This document shows positions 15,401-20,409 of a stretch of DNA of 20,409 bases, one piece after another. This DNA is from Candidatus Aenigmatarchaeota archaeon (lineage in GTDB: Archaea; Aenigmatarchaeota; Aenigmatarchaeia; QMZP01). The stretch lies in assembly GCA_038999435.1 (NCBI GenBank), contig JAVZYR010000012.1, forward strand, positions 1-20,409. The letters are read 5' to 3'. The notes beneath the pieces were generated by a model. It did not search any database. It was not told the DNA's origin and saw nothing but the letters and a program-made list of their open reading frames with translations. The translations under genes were made by a program, and so were the position numbers. How positions within the stretch are numbered: the stretch's first letter is position 1; each line of letters opens with the position of its first letter.

Positions 15401-17875
15401 AACATATACACCAATCTCTCCTGAACTTATATTGCAATTTTGTACTTTTACATTTCCACTGGCCCATATAGCTTTTTTATAATCATTTATAATGCAGTTT
15501 GATATATCTCCACCATTTTCAGAATATATCAATGTACCATTTGAAAATTCATTCCATATCATCGAGCCATGGCAATCAACCGCAACAGATGTTGTATTGA
15601 AAACTATCACAGGATAGTCAAGTTTCATAGACAGATGATAGCCCAAGCCATCAAGCTCCCATAAACCAGCTGAATTTATATAAAAGCTTACCTCGCTATC
15701 ATTAAAATTGTGCAGCGCATCTGTTAGATTTGAATAATTACAACCGCTGTCACACACTGTTATAATCATTGGCTTTACATCAGTATAGCCATTTTTATTT
15801 TGACTTTCTGCACTCGTGCTGTTACAATAAACCATAAATGAATATATGCCTGGCCTTTCTATCGCAAGCTCATATTTCCATAAACCAGAAGTATAAACCA
15901 TTGTATAGTTTGTATTATTAAACTCAAGCTGACATTCAGCATCCTCCACAGGCGTTGAATTTATACGATAGCTGTAGTTTGCATAGAAAGGTGTTAGACC
16001 TCCAACACTTCCACCAGGGCTCCAAACATCCAAAATAGAATTATCTATTGTTGTATAACTAGAAAATCCTGATATGTTAAATGCGAAATTTCCTTCATCG
16101 TATGAAATTGGAACACAATCAATGCAAACCTGTCCATCTTTTAGTATAACTGGCATAAATTGGAATGGCAGACCAAAAAATGAAAGTTCAGAGCTTTGAT
16201 TAAATTTTTGGCATTCTGACCTGTTCAAAAGCGTGATGTTATTATACTTAACTATAAAACATGATTCGAGCCCATCTAAATTTGGCAACAAATCATATCT
16301 GACCTTTCCAAATGTGTTGAAAAATGCTTTAGCCTCATAATCTATTTTTAACATTATATCAGAAGCGATATCAAACTGGACCCTTGGAAACATCAAACCG
16401 GTTCGTGCCATAGAGTAGTTATCAGGAACAGGCTTTCCTGTTTTCTTCAAAAGGTCTCTCAATTCATCCGGTGTCAATGTTCTATTATTCATCAATCTGC
16501 TTTGCTGTTGTAATATGGCAGCAACACCTGCTATATGAGGTGCTGCAAAAGATGTACCTGAGCCTGTTCCATATGTGTTTGGCATTTTTGTTGAATTTAT
16601 AGCATTACCTGGAGCAACGATATCAAGCATAGTTGGATGGACATTACTGTAATATGTCACTATATCATCTTTATATGAAGCTGCTACTGATGTTACATTT
16701 GCAAGGCATGCAGGATTTGATAAGCCATTTATAGAATAGCTATTTCCAGATGCAGCATCTATGAATATTCCATCAGCATGAGCAGCATCTACTGCTGGGG
16801 TTATTGTTGTATTTGTTGATGCTGCACACGATTCCCTGTCTGGATACACGTTCCATGTTCCAAGGCTTATTGTTATGATATCAATATTATATTCGTCTTT
16901 ATGCTGTCGACACCAGTCTATGCCTTTTGCAATATCTGATGTATAGCATTGCCCCCCTGAATTACAAACTTTTACAGCAACTATGGATGCTGCAGGTGCT
17001 ACACCTTTTATACCACCGTTTGCTGCAACAATACCTGCAACGCGTGTACCATGCCCATTATCATCTGTTGCATTCTCATCCTCTTCCTGGCCATTTGGGC
17101 AATACCCAACCCCATTACCTGGGATTGAATCATCAGCAAAACAGTGTTGTGCTATTATCCTATTTGCAAAGTCAGGATGCGGATATACACCTGTATCTAT
17201 CACACATACAGAAATATTTTGACCAGTTAGGTTTTGGCCATCTATAACCTTTTTATGGACAATATCAGCTCCTATTAGCGGCAGTGTATCTTGAAGCATT
17301 ATGTGCATTGCTTCATCAAGCTCAATCCTCACATCTTTCAAATTTGCTAAGTTTTTTATGTTCCTATTTTCTACCAGACCTATGTATGCATTTAGATAAT
17401 CAGAATATACAAAATTACTTAAACCTGTTTGCTTGATTTCATCGAAATCAGCAGTTGTTTTTAACACGATTCTTCTGACATCCTCTTTTGGGCTTATGTT
17501 TATTTCAAATTCTTCTTGACCTTTTAACTCATCTAAAACCCACTCTAACCTGTCAATGAGCCCGTTATCATTTTTATCAACATATCTTATGCCTTCTCTC
17601 AAAGAAATATTGTACCATTTCAGCTCTATGTCTTGTCTGAAACTTTCCGGAATGTCAGCCCATATTCTTAAATCCTTTTTTATTATCGAAGAATAAACTC
17701 TTATTTTGTTACCCTCTCTTTCTATACCAGGGGCTGACATGTCATGTGTCAAAACACCACACTTTAACTCCTCTTTTCCTGCCAGTAATCTGCCATCAAA
17801 TGTGCTTAACAAAAATATGGATATAAAGAAACACAACAAAAGAATTAAAGTAATTATTTTATAGGAATTTCTCAT
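12440..17875 (-). CDS. Large membrane-anchored S8 (subtilisin-like) serine protease with beta-helix (NosD/CASH-like) regions, Ig-like modules and two PKD domains
   Basis: Triad VIDTG (D227), NGHGTRVAG (H275), SGTSFAAPHIAG (S442), oxyanion ASGN. I.NN.I-type beta-helix repeats. PKD motifs WQWNLGDG..HVY..GTY and YSWNFGDG..HTY..GTY. N-terminal signal/anchor and C-terminal TM with a basic tail. Confidence 0.92.
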   Translation of the reverse strand: MRNSYKIITLILLLCFFISIFLLSTFDGRLLAGKEELKCGVLTHDMSAPGIEREGNKIRVYSSIIKKDLRIWADIPESFRQDIELKWYNISLREGIRYVDKNDNGLIDRLEWVLDELKGQEEFEINISPKEDVRRIVLKTTADFDEIKQTGLSNFVYSDYLNAYIGLVENRNIKNLANLKDVRIELDEAMHIMLQDTLPLIGADIVHKKVIDGQNLTGQNISVCVIDTGVYPHPDFANRIIAQHCFADDSIPGNGVGYCPNGQEEDENATDDNGHGTRVAGIVAANGGIKGVAPAASIVAVKVCNSGGQCYTSDIAKGIDWCRQHKDEYNIDIITISLGTWNVYPDRESCAASTNTTITPAVDAAHADGIFIDAASGNSYSINGLSNPACLANVTSVAASYKDDIVTYYSNVHPTMLDIVAPGNAINSTKMPNTYGTGSGTSFAAPHIAGVAAILQQQSRLMNNRTLTPDELRDLLKKTGKPVPDNYSMARTGLMFPRVQFDIASDIMLKIDYEAKAFFNTFGKVRYDLLPNLDGLESCFIVKYNNITLLNRSECQKFNQSSELSFFGLPFQFMPVILKDGQVCIDCVPISYDEGNFAFNISGFSSYTTIDNSILDVWSPGGSVGGLTPFYANYSYRINSTPVEDAECQLEFNNTNYTMVYTSGLWKYELAIERPGIYSFMVYCNSTSAESQNKNGYTDVKPMIITVCDSGCNYSNLTDALHNFNDSEVSFYINSAGLWELDGLGYHLSMKLDYPVIVFNTTSVAVDCHGSMIWNEFSNGTLIYSENGGDISNCIINDYKKAIWASGNVKVQNCNISSGEIGVYVFDGELNASQNVFENLDYGIRAVNSNLSEDIYNENVFYDNIIDVSKAWDVQVNVISNEGPVDNASVTVYFDDALEWSGFTNQSGWTQPFVLEEWIISNGTLQNKTSYKIGAYKEFIGNYDEIFLIDHERTIRSSEPIILNISQCIRLGPISIVGTNTSKRICRGNYYLTAKVYSDRFVNINGNNLDVDCDFSNITAIFDPNDPWEPVIFWVDGTNVTLKNCNIYNHPYLLSTTGTYNIFINNRLWRNIGQGQFKIDWGAKNISIINNTLENVSVGVSYVIPTPHNITFIGNNATYSGYLNLRALEGLIAENIIIGTTLLTDNGTIYNNTFISAQLQGKYDRIVNNMFVNSSVIGQDVFYNIFENSVFYGYYSGIKNISHNLFYGYLSGSRIAIDVYTSSAFIFNNTINDSWTAIEIDSNSTVIGNKIYNSSFSGIRTFRYGSNNTIKDNIIDNSGSCIDLNYVTYGNNTLLNNNLSNCDYGIRFFKNTTVIGNKINNANISIFGKGWGNELAFIDGNILENSGYGIILADINYNSNISETNQIYDTVNDRRLVINWTLTVWIKDHLGNPIENATVTVYEFNKTDPLSELITDDTGSVGWFLTQYYIDNENVQHNLTPHKVVANYKGIENQTQILLNRNYGREEAANRIYIYLTPNASFTWTPLTPEEGKPVNFTDLSKIFYNATWQWNLGDGNFSFEQNVSHVYSQNGTYTICLNVTDVYNFSSVFCQNITILDSIPIPDFYWHPQSPQKGQIVIFNASNSTGWDKPFVYSWNFGDGSLLHTSNETVQHTYQNSGTYTVILNIRDSDGSIANITKNITVTEPSYQRPAAPGGGYIPPTEEIEEVIVVPKIYEFSYIQGKEIYLNISDIVVFNDTNMTLIAVSNQTVTIEFDGQSYILSFGENQIDIDNDGIADIDINLKSVFETGAIMIFQSIPKLPITENVTENVTEPSPTPAIPSIAWIVLTVIFIAIFTILFLGKYKILKQKII

Positions 17876-17937
17876 TATTTCTTTTAGGGAAAAAACTTAA
17901 ATTCTTAAATTAATTATCCCAAAAATCAAAATTTTAA

Positions 17938-20004
17938 ATGATCACTTCTGTTAGAAAACGTGATGGTAAAATAGTCCCTTTCGAGCCAAAAAGGATTGAA
18001 TATGCAATACATCGTGCACTTTTTGATGCAAAAATTAGAGATGGAAAAAACGCAAAAAATCTTGCTAAAAAGGTTGTCGATATTTTGGAAAAGAAAAATA
18101 TAGAAATACCAAGTGTTGAATTAATACAAGATGTTGTTGAAAGTGTTTTAACAAAATGGAAACCAAAAGTTGGAAAAATATATGGAGATTATAGGCAGAA
18201 AAAGGCAGAGATAAGAGAAGCAAGAGAAAAATACGGCATTGAAGCAAAGCTTAGCTATAATGCAATGGTTGTGCTTGAACAAAGATATCTGCTTAGAGAT
18301 GAAAAAGGACAGATAATCGAAAAACCTGGTGATATGTTCAGGCGTGTTGCTCGGGCAGTGGCTGATGTAGAAAAAAAATATGGCGGTGATACGAAAAAGG
18401 TTGAAGAAGAATTTTTCAACATGATGTCAAGGTTAGAATTCCTGCCCAATAGCCCTACGCTTTTCAATGCTGGTGCTCCACTTGGTCAGCTCTCAGCATG
18501 TTTTGTCCTGCCTGTTGATGATTCTCTGGAATCTATATTTGAGGCTGCAAAAAGGCTTGCAATCATAGAGCAAAGTGGTGGTGGTGTTGGTTTTTCATTT
18601 TCCCGTTTAAGACCAAAAGGTGATATCGTCAGGTCAACGATGGGTGTAGCATCAGGACCTGTGAGCTTCATGAGGGTCTTTGACACCATAACTGATGTTA
18701 TAAAAGCAGGTGGAAAAAGGAGGGGGGCAATGATGGGTGTACTAAGTGTACATCATCCTGATATTGAAGAGTTTATAGAAGCAAAATCTGATCCAACCAT
18801 GCTTAAAAATTTCAATCTTTCTGTTGCTGTGAGTGATAAGTTCATGCAGGCCCTAACAAAGAATGGGGAATATGATATTATAAACCCGAGGACAAATCAG
18901 GTTGTGAAAAGATTGCCAGCAAAAAAGATATGGGATATGATTGTTAAGAGTGCATGGGAAAGAGGCGACCCAGGCCTACTTTTCATAGACGAGATAAATA
19001 GAAAAAATCCTACAAAACACATTGGGCAGATAGAAGGAACAAATCCATGTGGTGAGCTTCCTCTTCATCCCTATGAATCTTGCAACCTTGGCTCAATAAA
19101 CCTAACAAAAATGCTTGAAAAGAAAGGAGAAAAATATGAGATAGATTGGGAGAAATTGTCAAAAACAGTGAAAATGGCTGTAAGATTTTTGGACGATGTT
19201 ATTGATGCCAACAGATATCCATTTCCTGAGATTGAAAGGATGACAAAAGCAAATAGAAGGATAGGGCTTGGGGTTATGGGTTTTGCAGACATGTTATTCC
19301 TTATGAAAATACCCTATGACTCAGAAAAGGCTATTGAATTAGCTGAAAGGTTGATGAAATTCATCTCAACAGAAGCAAGGAAAGAATCTGAAAAACTTGG
19401 TGAGGAAAGAGGTTCATTTCCTAATTTTAAAGGCAGTTTATGGGAACAGAGTGGCTACAAGACAATGAGAAATGCCACAACTACAGTCATTGCACCTACA
19501 GGTTCGATAAGTATTATAAGTGGGTGTAGTTCAGGTATAGAGCCTGTATTTGCCTTAAGCTATGTTAGAAAAATTTTAGGTGGTAGAGAGCTACTCGAAT
19601 CGAATTGGATATTTGAAAGGGTTGCTAAAGAAAGGGGATTTTATTCAGCAGAACTTATGTTTAAAATAGCGCAAAGTGGTTCTATACAAGGTTTTAAAGA
19701 AATACCTGCTGATGTGAGAAGGGTATTTAAAACTGCTTTGGATATAAAACCAGCATGGCATGTCCGTGTGCAAGCTGCTTTTCAAAAGTATGTTGACAGC
19801 TCTGTAAGCAAAACAATAAACTTTCCACATTCGGCAAAACCTGCTGATTTTAGCAAAGCATTTATGCTTGCATACAAATCTGGATGCAAAGGCATAACAG
19901 CATATAGATATGGTTCAAAACCTGAACAAGTCTTCTACATAAAACCTATGATAAAAGCAGAAGCTGAATATGCTGGAGGATGTCCAGGGATCTGTCCTTT
20001 GTGA
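17938..20004 (+). CDS. nrdJ: Class II (adenosylcobalamin-dependent) ribonucleotide reductase with N-terminal ATP cone
   Basis: ATP cone [74 protein letters not shown]-terminal Cys pair CPGIC. No radical-generating nrdB nearby, and an adenosyltransferase follows. Confidence 0.93.
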   Translation: MITSVRKRDGKIVPFEPKRIEYAIHRALFDAKIRDGKNAKNLAKKVVDILEKKNIEIPSVELIQDVVESVLTKWKPKVGKIYGDYRQKKAEIREAREKYGIEAKLSYNAMVVLEQRYLLRDEKGQIIEKPGDMFRRVARAVADVEKKYGGDTKKVEEEFFNMMSRLEFLPNSPTLFNAGAPLGQLSACFVLPVDDSLESIFEAAKRLAIIEQSGGGVGFSFSRLRPKGDIVRSTMGVASGPVSFMRVFDTITDVIKAGGKRRGAMMGVLSVHHPDIEEFIEAKSDPTMLKNFNLSVAVSDKFMQALTKNGEYDIINPRTNQVVKRLPAKKIWDMIVKSAWERGDPGLLFIDEINRKNPTKHIGQIEGTNPCGELPLHPYESCNLGSINLTKMLEKKGEKYEIDWEKLSKTVKMAVRFLDDVIDANRYPFPEIERMTKANRRIGLGVMGFADMLFLMKIPYDSEKAIELAERLMKFISTEARKESEKLGEERGSFPNFKGSLWEQSGYKTMRNATTTVIAPTGSISIISGCSSGIEPVFALSYVRKILGGRELLESNWIFERVAKERGFYSAELMFKIAQSGSIQGFKEIPADVRRVFKTALDIKPAWHVRVQAAFQKYVDSSVSKTINFPHSAKPADFSKAFMLAYKSGCKGITAYRYGSKPEQVFYIKPMIKAEAEYAGGCPGICPL

Positions 20005-20006
20005 AT

Positions 20007-20409
20007 ATGGGTGATATATATCTTTATACAGGAACTGGAGGTGGAAAAACGACAAATGCAATAGGCTTAGCTGTAAGGGCAGTGGCACACAACAAAAAGG
20101 TTGTGATGATACAATTTCTCAAATGGTGGGAAAAAACAGGAGAATATAAGATAAGAAAAAGACTTGGACCGAATTATGAAATCTATCAATTTGGAAGAAA
20201 GGGATGGAAAGGACTAAAAAATCTCGGGCCAGAAGATGCTAACCTTTGCAAAAAAGGGATAAAGTTTGCAGAGCATGTTGTTAAAACTAAAAAGCCCTTT
20301 TTGCTTATTTTAGATGAGATAAATCTTGTTGTTCACTGCAAGTTATTGAATGTGAACGATGTAATTGCACTACTTAAAAAAATACCAAAGAGGACACATG
20401 TTGTTTTAA
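20007..20409 (+). CDS. btuR: ATP:corrinoid adenosyltransferase (BtuR/CobO/CobA family); 3' end lies outside the window
   Basis: Absent from the ORF track. Manual translation MGDIYLYTGTGGGKTTNAIGLAVRAVAH..MIQFLK..GEY..LLILDEIN..HVVL is open to the window end and matches the family pattern YTG.GKGKTT / QFLK / LDEI. Confidence 0.92.
   Translation, partial: MGDIYLYTGTGGGKTTNAIGLAVRAVAHNKKVVMIQFLKWWEKTGEYKIRKRLGPNYEIYQFGRKGWKGLKNLGPEDANLCKKGIKFAEHVVKTKKPFLLILDEINLVVHCKLLNVNDVIALLKKIPKRTHVVL

Noticed and set aside
17033..17059. HGTRVAG instead of HGTHVAG as a sign of an inactive S8 protease
   Set aside because: The catalytic His is the first one and is present. Arg at this position also occurs in active subtilases such as the furin/kexin HGTRC motif.
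17876..17937. cttaaatt-cttaaatt tandem and ggga/tccc arms in the divergent S8/nrdJ gap as an operator or B12 riboswitch
   Set aside because: The gap is only 62 bp and very AT-rich, too short for a cobalamin riboswitch. The repeats are better explained as back-to-back TATA-like elements.
6463..19830. Remaining short antisense ORFs over gltS-like, mscL, iscS, ccdA-like, S8 and nrdJ genes
   Set aside because: They lie fully opposite or within well-supported genes and have no motifs or expression signals of their own.
17938..20004. Intein or intron in nrdJ
   Set aside because: The 688-aa length and contiguous motifs leave no insertion, and no intein-terminal HN-C/S/T signature was seen.
20407..20409. 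Terminal taa as the btuR stop codon
   Set aside because: It is out of frame. The reading is GTT GTT TTA A.., so the gene continues beyond the window.

Overview
AT-rich, tightly packed window that looks archaeal and probably DPANN-like (inference). Evidence: TTTAAATA/TTTATATA boxes about 19-30 nt before start codons, GGTGA/GGAGGTG ribosome-binding sites, and surface proteins rich in N-x-S/T sequons. Left to right it holds: the 5' part of a tandem cadherin-like (Big_9/tandem-95) surface protein with a nucleotide-identical 288-bp repeat; a translationally coupled pair made of a 165-aa single-pass membrane protein and a 1196-aa single-pass protein with a lytic transglycosylase (SLT) domain, a LysM domain, EF-hand-like loops and a Pro/Gly tail; DUF1624 and DUF3566 membrane proteins; an FMN-binding glutamate synthase-family protein; a small ferritin-like protein; mscL; iscS-iscU; a minus-strand run of a 1811-aa S8 protease, a membrane-anchored thioredoxin-fold protein, a CcdA/DsbD-like protein and a ZIP transporter; and class II ribonucleotide reductase nrdJ followed by a corrinoid adenosyltransferase (truncated by the window edge). 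The standout is the SLT-LysM module, an apparently intact peptidoglycan-binding and peptidoglycan-cutting membrane protein in an organism that should not have peptidoglycan. All family calls come from motif recognition by eye, not database searches. No RNA genes, CRISPR arrays or mobile elements were recognised.
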